From assembly GCF_009914755.1 (NCBI RefSeq), contig NC_060931.1: 64,000 nucleotides of DNA; one strand, written 5' to 3'. The DNA is from the human T2T-CHM13v2.0 reference genome, Homo sapiens. Positions within the stretch are counted from its first letter, which is position 1. Each line of letters begins with the position of its first letter. Positions 29,357-44,359 of the stretch are shown in pieces. The notes under the pieces are model-generated. The model searched no databases, was not told the DNA's origin, and was given only the letters and a program-made list of their open reading frames with translations. Made by a program: the position numbers and the translations under genes.

Positions 29357-30227
29357 GCAGCTTCGGTGAACGCAGTGCCACATGGCACAGCTCCCCCCTT
29401 GCCTGTGTGCAGGGGGCAGCAATGTCAGCAGGACAATTTTCAGGCAATTCACAGAGACTGTGGCTTGGAGTTGGGCCCAGGCTGGCCAGTGTCTTGGGAG
29501 TCTGTGAGGCCTCGACCCTCTTCCCAGGTTGCTATCTGCCTGCCCCATAAACACATCCTGAGACTTTGCTACCTTCCTTTCCCCCTTCCTTCCTGGTGTT
29601 CTCTCAGAGCTGTACCTGTCTGCACTGCCTGGTCTCCTTGGTACATCACCTGCTTGGACATCAGCCACCCTTTCTCAGTGCCTCGATTCAGGATGCCATA
29701 ATATATGTTTTCTATGAAAATGAAGCTTCATTCTGCCTGCCGATTCCTACCTATTTTAAATCACAGCTGACATCCACGCCTCAACAAAGATTCCCATAGC
29801 TGTAGCTCCATGATTCATGATCGCGTCTAGAAAGGGAACATTTTGCAACAGATAGCCAGGCCCAACTTCCATGGCTTCATGCTTCTTCCCAGGTCTCTGC
29901 CACCCAGCACTGTCCTCTCCCAGGAGACAGATGCATGCTAATGCCACGTGTGTGTGTAACAGGTTTCCCGGCTGGCTGGAAGCCTGGTCCCCAGTTGCTT
30001 ACAGTCTTGGCAAGTTAATTCACCTCCTCAGAGATGCCCTCCTGATCTCCGGGTGTGAGTCCCTGCTCCTTGCTCCTTGTTCCATGATCCTTTGCACATA
30101 CTTCTCTTACCAACCCACTAGGTCCAACCGCGAGTCTGTGAGTGCCCTGAAGACCTTGAATGTGTGTCCTGAAGACCCCTCTCTGCAAGGGGACAGTGGA
30201 GCTTGGTGTTTAAAAGTACAGGTCCTA

Positions 30228-31390
30228 GGAAAATGCAAATCAAAATCACTCTGAGATGTCGCCTCAAAGCCATGAGGATGGCCAGTATCAAAAACCAGAA
30301 AATAACAATTGTTGGCAAGGATGTGGCGTCATTGGAAGCCTCGTGCATGGCTGGTGAGAATGTGAAATGGTGCAGATGCTGTGGAAGACAGTATGTCAGC
30401 TCCTCAAGAAATTAAAAATAGAATGACCATATGATCCAGCAATTCCATATCTGGGTATATACCCAAAAGAGCTGAAAACAGGCACTCAAACAGACATATG
30501 TACACTCCTGTTCACAGCAGCGTGATTCACAATACCATAAGGTGGAGGCAACCAAGTGTTCATTGGTGGATGATTGGATAAACAATGTAGTGTAGACATG
30601 CAATGGAATATTCAGCCTTAAGAAGGAAGGAAATTCTAAGACCTGCTACAGCATGGATGAACCTTGAGAACATCATGCTAAGTGAAATAAGCCAGTCACA
30701 AAAGACAAACACTATGTTATTCCACTTATAGGAGGTCCCTAGAGTAGTCAGATTCATAGAGATAGAAAGTAGAATGATGGTTGCCAGGGATTTGGAGAGG
30801 GGAGAATAGGGTTTAATAGGCACAGAGTTTCAGCTTTGCAAGGTGTATTAGTCAGGATTCTCTAGAGAAAGACAACCTTGGGGTGTGTGTATATACATGT
30901 AGAAAGAGATTTGTTTTAAGGAATGGGCTCATGTGATTACAGGGGCTGGCAAGTCCAAAATCTATAGGGTGGCTTTGGCTGGCTGGAGACCTAGGGAAGA
31001 GCCGATGCTTCTGCTGGCTGAATTCCCTCTTCCTTGGGGGAGGTCAGTCTTCTGTTCTGTTCAACTGATTGGGTAAGGCCTACCCACATTATGGAGGATA
31101 ATCTGTTTACTCCAAGTCCACCAATTTAAATGTTAATATCATCCATAAACCCTCATATAAACATATAAAGATAATGTTTGGTCACATATCTGGGCACCAT
31201 GGTCTAGCCAAGTTGACACAGAAAATTAACCATGACACAAGTTGAAAAGAGTTCTGGAGATGGATGGTGGTGATGGTCACATAACGTGAATGTTCTTTAT
31301 GCCACTAAACTGCAAACTTAAAAATGGTAAAGATGTTACATTTTATGTTCTGTGTATTTTGCCACAATTTAAAATAATGTAATTTTTTAA
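30228..31390 (+). mobile_element. L1MB-type 3' end, interrupted by an MLT2 LTR
   Basis: GGAAAATGCAAATCAAAA..., GATCCAGCAATTCCA..., GCTAAGTGAAATAAGCCAGTCACAAAAGAC, and GAGTTCTGGAGATGGATGGTGGTGATGG after the LTR. Confidence 0.85.
30844..31237 (-). mobile_element. MLT2-type LTR nested in L1
   Basis: TGTATTAGTCAGGATTCTCTAGAGA...GTTGACACAGAAAATTAACCATGACA; flanks CAAGG / CAAGT. Confidence 0.8.
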
Positions 31391-31511
31391 AAAGCACAAG
31401 CTCTAGAGTCAGACCACCAGGTTGCTTTCTTGCGTCACGTATGGCCTCATGTCTGTGCACAGGTCATGGAGACTGTCTGAGTTTCCTTCACCTCATCAGA
31501 ATAACCAGACT

Positions 31512-31817
<306 letters not shown>

Positions 31818-31933
31818 GAATAATTGGACCAGGGACAACGATGCCCCATAATAGGGAGGTGGTCAGAATAAACAAAGCAACACTTGTAAACCCTTAATTT
31901 GTATAGTATCTAGCAGAAAGTAGGTGTTGATAA

Positions 31934-32239
<306 letters not shown>

Positions 32240-32250
32240 TAGTTTATTAG

Positions 32251-32656
<406 letters not shown>

Positions 32657-32773
32657 TAAATGACCTTGTTCAAATGACTTAATTGCTCTGTGCCTCAGTT
32701 TCCTCATCTAAAAAAACTTGGGGATAATAATGATTACCATGAAGATTGACTGTGGAAATATATATGACATGTG

Positions 32774-32783
<10 letters not shown>

Positions 32784-32811
<28 letters not shown>
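32784..32811. repeat. (TG)n microsatellite
   Basis: Read directly. Confidence 0.9.
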
Positions 32812-32815
<4 letters not shown>

Positions 32816-34247
32816 AAGAACTCAGGTTGGAGAGCCTGATACAGCAAGTATTAGACAAATATTGGCTACCATTATTATTAGTGGTAATAATGGCAAACAC
32901 TTTTCCTATTGCCTACCCCTTTCTTTGGAGCACTGACTGGCGGAGATGTCATGCAGCTGTGGCTCTGTGAAGGGCTATGGAAGAAGGAAGAGTTCTATTC
33001 ATCCAGTGCCTCAATGGCACAGGAACTAGAGTAGGGGACACCGCAGAGGTGGATTTTCCCTGCACTGACATTAAGGAAGATGACCCCTTCTCACCTCTAA
33101 CTTAGTATTGCAAATAGCTGACTTCCTGCAGCCAGCATAGTTGAGCACTTACTTGCACTTTTGTCTTGCGTTGTCTTGCATTGATCTCTTGTTCCTCCGC
33201 TTCCTCTTTGTTCCAGTCCTAGCTCCGGTCAAAACTCAACCAGGATCCTCCTCCCTCAGAAACCCCCTGACTGCTCCAGCCCATGCCCTCTCCTGAAGAA
33301 TAGGATACCATACCTGGGTTGAGTTTTAGGCGTGCCGTGAAACTCCAGCCTTCTCTCCCAGCTAAGGGTTAGGTTTGTGGGTCAGGAACCACGCATGATA
33401 TTTATATTTACTTCTCTGGAGTCTCCCAAAGCACCCAGCGCCCAGGGCCATGAGTGATCCTTAATTAAACTTGCCTTACATCTGAACTATCAACTCCATG
33501 AGGGCGAGAGCTGTCATTCTATTCCTACCATGTCTGCACAAGGCTGGGTAGATTTTAAAGCTCAGCCAATGTTTATGGAGGATTAAAATGCTGGACTCGC
33601 CCTGGATGCCTGAGGCAGTCAAGCCTGGGGAACATAACCAGAGCACTCTACTAGCAGCTCTTGGTGTCCGACCCTGCAGATGGAGAAGGAGAAGATACAA
33701 GAGGCCAGGCTGCGCAAAAGATTCTTGTGTCTTACTAGTCCTGTGATAGGCAAGATTCACTAAAGCCCGAATGAAGTATATATGTCTTTAGTCTCCTCCC
33801 TTTACTATGCTCTGACTCTACCCTGCCAAACCCAGTCTTGATGATTAATTTCATTTCCCCAGCATGGACAAGAGGAACAGTCCAGGCACCTGAGAATCTT
33901 CCAATATAAAGCAATACACTGGCCATGTGGCACTCTGGCTGTTTACTGACCATTTCCCCTGCTCCTCAAATTGAAAAGGCAGCAGCAACTTGGGAACTAA
34001 GCGCTTGGATGCACTCGGTACTTGTTAATTGGTGCTCATGCTCTAAGGAGCTGAGTCTTGGGGTTAGGCTTGAAATCCTAAGCAGATGAGAAACCCTGCC
34101 CTCTTTAACCACTGCTCTGCTCTCCTCTTGGGTGCCTAACCTCGCCTGTGGGAGGGCAGCCCTGTTCTTTGTCTTTCTCCACCTCCTTCCAGCAAGATCG
34201 TCATCAGAATGGCTGTGGACTGGGTTCCATTTAAGATTCCCCAGGTT

Positions 34248-34558
34248 GGCCAGGCGCGGTGGCTCATGCCTATAATCCCAGCATTTTGGGAGGCCAAGGC
34301 GGGTGGATCATGAGGTCAGGAGTTCAAGGCCAGCCTGACCAACATGGTGAAACCTTGTCTCTACTAAAAATACAAAAATTAGCTGGGCATGGTGGTGCGT
34401 GCCTGCAATCCCAGCTATTCGGGAGGCTGCGGCAGGAGAATTGCTTGAACCCGGGAGGCAGAAGTGGCAGTGAGCTGAGATCGCGCCACTCTAGTTTGGG
34501 TGACAGAGTGAGATTCCGTCTCCAAAAAAAAAAACAAAAAACCAAAAAAAAAAACAAA
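34248..34558 (+). mobile_element. Alu (AluS-like)
   Basis: Full dimer with A-rich tail. Confidence 0.93.
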
Positions 34559-35167
34559 TTCTTCAGGTCTCAGGTATCTATCAGTTGGAGGTTCTAAGAA
34601 TGGGATAGATTAGCAGTGGAGGGAGGAGATAGGAACCCACTGAAAGGACTGAGAGGAAGATGAAGGGTTAACTGGACACAAGTGTGTAAAGATTATCTGA
34701 GTCAACGGCTGCCGAAAATTCTGGTATGAGATAGCAATGAGATAGTTTGAGCTCAAAAGCTCAAACTTTTGAGATGGGGTGGAGGTAGGGTACAGAGAAC
34801 TGAGGGCTCTGATAAAGGCTAAGCCATGGGCCCAACTGAGGCATCGCTAGGTTGATGCCTGGTGGGGTTAAGGCCTCCATGGTGTTTCTTCTATTAACCA
34901 TCACAATCCAGGGAACTTGGATATTGTCATTCTTGTGACAAATGAATATGTCCCACCTCCCTCACAAACAAGAATTCGGGTCTGTGACATGGAACAGAGC
35001 TCTCCAACGTGTTGGGAGTTCCAGGGATATGGAGGTCATTCTCTCAGCTATCAGGACCACCAGGTGTGGGGCTGGGGCGGCCCCAGCCATCGCCACAGGC
35101 CTCCAGTGGACTCCCCAGTGACCCTAATATTATCCTTACCTAAATGTGCCAACCCATTAAAAAGATT

Positions 35168-35325
35168 GGGAAGAGTTTCTGTTTGGGATGATGAAAAAGT
35201 CCTGGATATAGACAGTGGTGATGGTGACGCACCATTGTGAGAGTGCTTAAGCCACTGAATTGTACATGTAAACATGGTTAAAAGGGTAAATTTCATGTTA
35301 TTTATGTTTTACCACAATCAAAAAT
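35168..35325 (+). mobile_element. Short L1MB-type 3' terminal fragment
   Basis: GAGTTTCTGTTTGGGATGATGAAAAAGT...GCCACTGAATTGTACA...TTTTACCACAAT. Confidence 0.75.
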
Positions 35326-38124
35326 TTTTTAAAGATTGGGAAGCACAGGCTCCATGGAGATTAGAGAAGGAGGAGGGGCTGCTGACTAGGGGTAGATAAG
35401 AGTTGGGAGGACAGAGAATCGAGGGAGAAATATGCTGCAAGAAGGGGAGGCTGGGGCCTTCTCTCTCCTTCTCCCCGGGCGATCCACAAATCCTGTCTAT
35501 GCAGCTCCATGTTCAGCCCCACCCCCTCTCCACAGCTTTCTCTGTCCCCTCAGGTCTTTAGAGCCCACAGAATGCCACCTAGCACTTAGATTCTCTGCTT
35601 CATGGACATCGATGTCTCATCTCCAGTCAGACTGCAGGTTCCTTACAGACAGGTGGCATATGCTAGACATCTCTGTGCTACTCACAGGGACTGGCACATT
35701 CTGGGCACATACTGGGGACATTCTGGGCACATACTGGGTACTCAATACCCGTTATACAGTAAGTCTCTTTTTTTGAACAGGATTGGGGAGAAGTAAATAA
35801 ATTTTAGCTAACTAATAAAACCTTTCTCTTTTAGATATAGAACTAGGAAATGAGTGCTTTACTTCTCTGAGCATTTTCACACACCAGGATGTGGTTCTAA
35901 AGTCAACAATTTGGTGCCTTATCAAGGTAGTTGTACCTGGGGTGGCTCAGACCTGGGGTGACATAGGGGTGGTGATGGTAGGTATTGATTTTAGTGAGGC
36001 CACCACTTTCTGAGTCTAGAACTCTTCCTTGGGAAGAGCCTTCAGAAACCTCAGTCTTCCATCACACGGTGCATTTGTTGAGCAGACGTCTTCTGAGTTG
36101 GCTATTGCCAGACTGGATGCTAAACAAATTTTGACTATTTGCAAACAAGCTAAAAAATAAGGACAAAGATATGCATGCCTTGTAGAGAATCTTTAAAATA
36201 ATGTGAAATCCTGAAAACGTCTGGCACATGGTAGGCCTCACCAAATATGCTGTAAGATCTAAAAGCTGTTCTTACACGAGAATTCCAGAATGTTTCAAGA
36301 AAGGAAAACATTGGTCTAACCAACACAAACATTGTTTTTATGTGTTTGATTTTAAAAGTCTGTGAAATGACTTTTTTTTTTTTAGCTGGAATCACAAGCT
36401 CTGTGCCTAAGAGGCTGGGTAGGGAACCTTGGAGAAGCCCAGTTGGGCTTTAAGACGAGGGGGAGTGCTGAGGACTCCGATCCCTTAGTCCAAAGAGGAC
36501 AACTTCCACTCAGCTCCAGCCACCAGTTGCCAAACCTTTTGCTTTTTTCACAACAGAAGATGGAAGTCCAGATTTTTATGTGACATTTCAAGATATTTAA
36601 AATAACCTGGAGTCACCAACTCATTCTTGGCCACGAAACTTATAAACACGCCTGCATTCATGCATCCTCTGACAGGCCTCCCAGCCAACGCCCCTCCCTC
36701 ACCTGTGTCCAGGTCTCATTGTCTCCTACCTTCTCTGGGATTTTGCTTTTGTAGTTCACCATTGTGATCTGAATTCTGACCCAGCTGCTCCTGATGCTGC
36801 TGTCACCGAGACTGGATTTGCTTGCAGCGACATCCAAAGGGTTTGGAAGCCCTTCGCCTAGGTGACCTCTCTCTAGCCTCCAGCGGCCTCCTCCTCCCTG
36901 AAGCGCGTCTTTCCTCGGCTCCTCTATCACCTCTACCTGGGGCTTTCCTGTCCAGTCCTTGCACCTGCACTCTCCAATCTTGTTTACAGGCCTCTCTCGG
37001 TGCCATCCCCTAATGTTGGTGTCCCAGAGGCTTCTGTCCCAGGCCCCCAATTTCTCACTCCACACTCAGTTCTTTGGGAAGATCATCCGCTCCCCCATAG
37101 CTTCAGAAGCACATGCGGATAGTTCTCAGCTGTATGTCTGCAGCCTGGCCCTCTCCTGAGCTCTCCACCCACACAGCCTCCTTCCTGCTGGGCACACACT
37201 GCTCACAACTCAGGAGACCCAGGACTACTCCCCCAGCACAAAGCTGCCCCCAACACCGAGTCTCCCTTCTGGGAGTATGCCACTGTCATCCAGTCAGTGT
37301 CAAACAGAAATCGGGCTGAGCTCATTGATTCCCCGACCCACACTAGTCAACAGGTCCTGTATCCTCTGCCTATTAAGTGTCTCTTGAATCCATCACTTCT
37401 CTGTCTCCTCTGACACAACTATGGTCCCAGGTCACCACAACCTGTCACCAGGACAACTGATGCGCAGGCCTCCAATTTCGCTCCCGAGTTGTCTAGCCAA
37501 ACATCTTTCCAAACTTCAGGAATGTGAGCGTGGCCCTGTTCCTGCCCCGCCTAACCTTGCCATGGTTCCCCCTCCCTTGGACACGGTCTAAACTGCTTCA
37601 CAGGTGTGAAAGACCCCTTCATCTCTCAGGCCACTGCTCTGGCCTCTCATCCCCGCTCACTGGGAAATGAATAATGCTGCGCTCCAAGTCCCACGAGAGG
37701 CAGAGGGGGGTCAAACCCAAGACTACTCACTGCAAGCTCCATAGGCTCCCCATCGTCCTACCCTCCCCGTTCACGGCCAGGCAGCCCTAGCTCTCATACC
37801 TGCCTGGGCTGGAGAAGGGCAATACAGAGACTTCTGGACCCAGCAGCCTTAAGAAAGGACTTGTTGCAAGTGCGATGTGAAAGCAACCTTCATCTGCAGT
37901 GGATGTGCCACCTCCTTCCTCACGCCACCGAGCTCCGAATCCCCCAGGAGAGTTGCGGAGACCACACAGAGCTCCCAAGCCCACGCCAAAGGACGGCCTG
38001 CCCCCCTTCAGCTCTAGTCGGTGACACGTGGCGTGAGAGAAATGCACCCCAATCTTCCTTCCTTATACTTCCGAGCTAGAAGCAGGAGCCAGGATGGTGG
38101 CTTAGTGAATAAATATATTACATT

Positions 38125-38130
38125 TTTATT
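38125..38130 (-). terminator. ZNF467: Probable ZNF467 polyadenylation signal (AATAAA)
   Basis: TTTATT on + strand ~500 nt past the stop codon. Confidence 0.7.
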
Positions 38131-38633
38131 TGGGAGAACCAATTAACAGCAGCTGGCTAAATGTAACTCACCCAGGACAGAAGGGGAAGTGGAGGGGGGT
38201 GGTCTGTGTGTGGATGGAGGTGGGACAGTGGCTAAGGAGAGTCAGGTGTTCCCTCCCCCAATTCATTTAGCAGCCCCAGAACTTTCCGATTTTAACTTTA
38301 ATGAAACTTTAAGTACATAAATAACCACTCTTTCCTGCCCTGGTTGAGGCCGCGCTGGGTCCGGGAAATATCTGCTTTCCAACGGGGCACCTGGGTGGGA
38401 GCCTTCCAAGAACTTCAGCTCAGCGGTTCCCAGCAAGGGTTCGCTGAGTCTCTGTCCTAGGAGGTCCGAGCTGGGTATGCTGTGCGGACGCAGACACTGC
38501 GGGAAGGAAACAGGTGTCCCGCGGCGGCCAAACCTTCGGGCAGCAGCCCAGGTCGCCTTGCTCACCCCAGGCGGTCTCATGGCACGGGCCTCTCGAAACT
38601 GTGGGCAAGAAAGGGTCCTCGTGAGAACTAGGC

Positions 38634-40159
38634 TCAGAAGAAGAGCGGGGGCGGCGCCACCTCGGGGGGAGCGGACCAGGCTGGGGCCGCAAGGGCGGCG
38701 TCCGGGGCCGCGTGGGCGGCTTCGCCGTGAATGAGCTGGTGCCGCACCAGGTGGGTCTTGCGGCTGAAGCTCTTTCCGCACTGCGGGCAGGAGAAGGGGC
38801 GGGAGCCTGTGTGGATCGCCTGGTGGCGGACTAGGTTGGTTTTGGAGCTGAAGCTGCGGGCGCAGACGGCGCAGGCGTGGGGGCGGCTGCCAGTGTGCAC
38901 CGCCTGGTGGCGGCCCAGGTGCGACTTGCGGCTGAAGCGGCGGCCGCACTGAGCGCAGGCGAAAGGCCTGGCGCCGCTGTGGGCCCTGGAGTGGGCGACC
39001 AGATTAGGCCGCGAGCCGAAGCGGCGGTCACACTGCGTGCAGGCGAAGGGCCGTTCGCCCGTGTGCACGCGCGGGTGCCGCGCCAGGTGCTGCCCATGGG
39101 AGAAGCCGCGCCCGCAGTCCGGGCAGAAGAAGGACCGCTCGCCCGAGGGGGCGCGCTGGGGCACCACAGGATCGGATCCTGGGCCGCAGCCCGGTCCGCC
39201 AGGCGCGCTGGCCAGGGGCTTGGCGGCGGGGGCATCCACGGTGGCGCCCAGTGCGCACTCATCGCACCCAAAGGGGCGACCCTCGCTGCGGTGCAGACAC
39301 TGGTGCGTGGCGAGGTTCTTTTTCCAGCCGAAGCTCAAGCCGCAGTCGGAGCAGGCGAAAGGCTTTGGCCCGGGAAAGGATGGGGTCGGGGACGGGGCAG
39401 TGGAATGAGGAGAAGCGGACGAGTCGGGAGAGGGCCTGGCCGGGCCGGCCGCCTGGTGCACCCTTTGGTGCCGCACCAAGTGCTGCTTGTGCGTGAAGCT
39501 GCGTGCGCACTGTGCGCACTGGTAGGGCCTCTCGCCCGTATGGATGCGCTGGTGCCGAATCAAGTGCGTCTTCTTGCGAAAGCGCTTCTCGCATTCCGTG
39601 CAGGGGAAGGGCCGCTCGCCGGTGTGGGTCTTTTGGTGCGAGCCCAGGTGGATCTTCTGGCTGAAGCGCTTGCCGCACTCCGCGCACGGGTAGGGCCGCT
39701 CGCCCGTGTGCGTGCGCAGGTGGCGGGTCAGATGGGCCTTCTTGCTGAAGCGCTTGTCGCACTCGGAGCACGGGAAAGGCCGCTCGCCGCGGTGGCTGCG
39801 CTGATGCAGTAGCATGTGGGCGCGCTGCGTGAAGCTGCGGCCGCAGTCCGGGCAGGCGCAGGGGCCCTCGCCCCGGTGCAGCCGCTGGTGCAGTCGCAAC
39901 GTCAGCTGGTCCCGGAAGCGCCGCTCACACTCCCCGCAGCCGTAGGGCTTCTCCGGCATCGGACCCCACCCAGACAGCGCGAGCCCACTCAGTGCCCCCG
40001 GGGCCCCTGGCTCCAGTTTGTACGCGGCAGCCAGATGCCCCAGGTCAGGCGCGGGAAAGGGGCTGGGAAGTAACGATAGATGCTGGGGCCATTCGACCTC
40101 CTCTTCTGCCTCCTGATCTTCGTCCTCCACCTTCACCTTCCGAATCATCCACTCCTCTC
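38634..40159 (-). CDS. ZNF467: ZNF467 terminal coding exon: 12 C2H2 zinc fingers (6 + 1 + 5) plus one half-finger relic
   Basis: tttccag|GA acceptor at 40159; frame of ORF 38634..40232; TGERP linkers. Four coding exons sum to 34+117+111+1526 = 1788 nt = 595 aa + stop. Very CpG-rich. Confidence 0.96.
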
Positions 40160-41469
40160 CTGGAAAGTCAAAACAAGAATTGTCTATTGAGCTCCACGTG
40201 CGGCAACGTCTATTTAACCACAGGATCTCCACTTCCTGGAGCCCCGCGGTCTGGCTCTGCTCTCCACTCTACCTAACGCTTCCCGGGAGTGACCAAATCC
40301 GCAGCTCTTCTCAGGCCCCCTCCTGCATTCTCCTGAACCTGTGATGCGTGTGAACACCACACGGCTCCCGGGGGCTTCTTCCCCGGCCTGGATGTGCCCA
40401 GGAGCCCTCCAGCACCCCTGAAGAGGAAGGTTGCCCAAGTTTCAGTCCTCCTGCTTCGCTCCAGGTTCACATCCCTTTGGTGGCTGGCCCAGATCTTCCT
40501 GCTCCAGCAGTGCCTTTCTGGGACCTCAGTCTCCATCTCTGGTCCAGCAGCTCTCCTTGGTACTGCAAACTGGCCGCAGCTCAGCAGCTTTCTCACCACA
40601 CACCTGAGCTTCCCAAACTGAGCCCTGGCTGACTTTAACCTTAGGACTAGAGCCTCCTTCCCTGGTGGCCTTGAAAACTTGATCTTTGACATCTCACCTG
40701 GGCTGCTTCTCTTGCTCTCTAACCCCTACCCCCAGCCCACCTTACCTCTAGTGGCCACGGAACCAGGGTACCCACGTATTCCTGCTACTCCCTTCTTTCC
40801 TGCTGGACAGCCTGAGGAGAAGTCCCATTTAGGAAGACCACGATGGAGTTTACAGGGTCTGGGGAACTAGTGAACACTGGCTCTGGAGAAACAGGGAAGG
40901 CCCTCTAGGGAAGCCTCAGCCTAAGGGCAGGTTGCAGGGGATTCCGCTGGAGTGTTGCCCCTGTCGGGTGCTGCAATGGTCCAGCCTAGAGGAAGGAGCC
41001 CGGGGTCCAGACGGGAGGGTCCAACTTAGGTTCTCCTCTGTCACTAACTAGGAGTGTGACTTTGGTTCAGTCACTTAACCTCTTTGAGTTACGTTTCTTA
41101 GTCCGCTAAGAAAATTTGCCCTTTGTGTAAGAGTTGGACTAGTTTAAAGCTCCCACGCCTGTGCTGCATCATCAGCTCCTGGGAAACGTTGAGAAAATGC
41201 ACAAATGGGGGCAAGGCCCACGAACGTGTTCTCATCTTTAAAGCTCCCAAAGTGATTCTCATTCGTGAATCATTTAAGCAGATAATTTGGGTTCCTGTCT
41301 GGCCTGAGCCTTGATTCCATCACACGTGGACTTCCACAATCAGAGGTACTCCCAGTTTCTTCTATCAGTCCATTGACTCCAGACCCCTGTCTACTTATCA
41401 CACTGTGATACTGCTTTCACCTTCATTGTGGCACTCTTTACTTTTCTACTCAAGAACCATCAATAGCTC

Positions 41470-41771
41470 CTATTTATTTATTTTTAATTGAGTCAGGGTC
41501 TTGCTCTGTCTCCCAGGCTGGAGTGCAATGGGACGATAATGACTCATTGCAGCCTCAAACACCTGGGCCCAAGTGATCCTCTTACCTCAGCCTCCCAAGC
41601 AGCTGTGACTATGGGTGTGCACCAACATGCCCAGCTAATATTTCTTACTTTTTCAGAGATGGGGTCTCGCTGTGTTGCCCAGGCTGGTCTTGAAATCCTG
41701 GCCTCAAGCAGTTCTCCCACCCCAGCTTCCTGAGTCGCTGGGATTACAGGCATGAGCCACAGTGCCCAGCC
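41470..41771 (-). mobile_element. Alu (AluJ-like), ZNF467 intron
   Basis: Reverse Alu body. Confidence 0.9.
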
Positions 41772-43009
41772 CAGCACCCTATTATTTGAAGATAAAACAG
41801 GTTCTAGCTGCATCTGAGGCTCACCCCACCCTAGTCCAACTTTCTTTCTCCCAGGCATGGACCTTCCACTTCAGCCAAGCTGCTCTCCTCCCCTTTCCTG
41901 CTTCAAGATCTTCTCAGCCTAGAACGTCTTCCCATCCTCCACCCCACCCCTTTCAGAACTGAAGTCTACACCTTTCTTAAAATGCAGCACAAATTAATGT
42001 TTTTTGACAAATTCCCAGTGCATGCGGATCTTTTGGCATAAACTCCTATAGCACTTACTGTTAACACTTTTGTGCTTATTTGTGACTTGCCTTTATACTG
42101 TTCTTTTAATTCTTTGTTCTAGCTCATATTAAGGTCATCTCAACCAGATTTTCTCTTCTGAGGTATGGACATTTTGTGTTCCATTTCTTTTGTGTCTAAT
42201 AAGAAAGGTGTCTTTATGTGTCTGATAAAAATGGGGACTGCTGCCACTTCTCGAGGACCAACTGTAGATGAAGTGTTGTACACACACTGTCACAAACCTT
42301 CACAAACCGAAGCTCCTGGAGGCAAGGTGGCCTATCCAAGGGCACTCAGCTAGTAAATGCAGAACAAAGATTCAAACCAGGTCCAGGTAACTCTACAGTT
42401 CATCTCTTTCCACTGTACTTAACACAGCCTGTATGTAGTCGGCACTCAATAAATCCTTGCTGAATAAATGATATCCCTCAGGCAAAAGGTAGTAAGGATG
42501 GTGGTAGTGGAAGGAAGTCATGGTGGGATTGTTGAGAGAGAGTGAGCAGTTTGATCACCCTGGGTATGAGGAGATGAGTTGAATACAGCAGATGTGGAGC
42601 ATCTGGGTACCCTCACGATCAGTGGAAGCTGGGGAAGGCGGCATGTCAGGGGAGAGGCAGTGAAAATGTTGATCAAAGCCATGTATCTTCATGGCAACTG
42701 TAATTAGACTTAGACTGGGAGAAATAAAGAGGGGGAGGTAGGATTTCTAGAAGGCATTTGAGGGGAGGCTGTGTTTCTCTTTGGTGACCAGCCTCTCTGA
42801 CTCCTGCCATCTACAGATGTGAAATTCCCTTTCGGCATTGAAGCTCCACAGCAGAAAGGTGCCAGGGCCTGAACTCAACTTGGGTTAGAAGGGCCTGGAC
42901 TGCCTGTCTTGGGGGATTACCTGCCTCATGAGATAGCAGCTCCGGAGCTTGCTGGGCCCCGTTCCCTTGGCCTGAGCCCGTGGTGGGATGAAGTGATGGG
43001 AAGACTCAC

Positions 43010-43120
43010 CTGGGCAGGTACCCACAGGCTGAGCCTTCTGTGCTGAGCACGCCTGGCCTCTGCAGGGAGCCTCGGCTTGTTCTGTGTGGGCACCTTCCTC
43101 CGGTGTAGGGGCCTCGTGCC
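43010..43120 (-). CDS. ZNF467: ZNF467 coding exon (GHEAPTPEEGAH...PVGTCP)
   Basis: ctgccag|GG acceptor, CCAG|gtgagt donor, 111 nt, phase 1-1. Confidence 0.93.
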
Positions 43121-43609
43121 CTGGCAGAGAATAGGATACCTCAAGGACTCTGGAGACATCACAGATGGCCAAAGGGCCCCACTGGTGCTGGGAAGCAGGA
43201 GCATTTGAAACCCTGGCTCCAGCAGGGCCCACAGGGTTCCTCCCACATCCTACCTGAATTAAGGGGCTGAGTTCCCAGCTTCCCTGGGGCTGCCTCAGAC
43301 TCCTTCAAGCAGGGCGGCTGCTAAGGGTATGTAATGAGATGGACTACAAGGTTACAAGAGCCACCACTGTGAAGAGTTCCTGGAATATGTGTATGTAAGA
43401 CAGTGGAAGCAAGGAAGTCCCCTGACCTGATGCCCCTAGGAGAAGGGCTGGGGACTTCCCAGCCCCCAGATGGACCCTGGTTCCAAGCAAATCACTGGGG
43501 AGAATCAGGATGTCAAAAGCCAGGCACATTCCTGCCTTAGTGCTCTGTCCTGGCTGTACTCCTGCCTGAAGCACTTTTCCCAAATCTGCTGAGCTGCCGC
43601 CTTCACCTC

Positions 43610-43895
43610 TTTTATTTTTCTTTTTTTAGAGAAAGGTCCTCTCTGTCACCCAGGCTGGAGTGCAGTGGCACGATCATACCTCACTGCAGCCTGGGCTTCA
43701 AGGGATCCTCCTGCCCCAGCCTCCCAAGTAGCTGGGAACACAGGCATGAGCCACCACATCCAGCTAACTTTTAATTTTTTGTGGAGACAGGGTCTTGCCA
43801 TGTTGCCTAGGCTGGTCTCGAATGGGGCTCAAGCAATCCTTCCACCTTGGCCTCCCAAAGGGCTGAGAATACAGGCATAAGCCACCATGCCCGGC
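43610..43895 (-). mobile_element. Alu (AluJ-like), ZNF467 intron
   Basis: Reverse Alu body. Confidence 0.88.
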
Positions 43896-44359
43896 TTCCC
43901 CAAGCTCCTTCAAATCCTGCACAAATCTTACCTTCCCAAAGAAACCCAGTCTCCTCACCCTATTTAATCCTATAACATGCCCCACCCACCCCCACCTGCA
44001 GCTGTCTCGGCCCCCTTCAACCTGCTTCACTGGACATTATCCTCTCCCCCAGAGCTCTTATCACCTTTGAACATAGTTTAGAAATTTCCTTATTTATTGT
44101 TTGCTGACTCTCTGCACTCATTAGGATTAAGCTCTTGAAGGTAGGGATCTTTGACTATTTGGTCACTGAGGTATTCCAAATGTTTAGAATAGCATCCCAC
44201 ACATAATAGGTGCTCAATAAATATTTGATGAATGGAAGGAAGGAAGGAAAGAAGGAAGGGAGGGAGGGAGGGGGGAGGGAAGAAGGGAGAGAGGTAGGGA
44301 GGGCAGGAGGAAAGCAGGGGGACTCCTCCCTGAGCCTTTCCAGGGTTCCTGTTACCTAC

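Noticed and set aside
38263-39812. Alternative-frame and antisense ORFs overlapping the ZNF467 finger exon (228, 311, 170 aa)
   Set aside because: Shadow frames of a GC-rich repetitive coding exon
40160-40232. N-terminal MEILWLNRRC... extension of the 532-aa ORF
   Set aside because: Intronic; acceptor at 40159 and three upstream exons give the 595-aa protein
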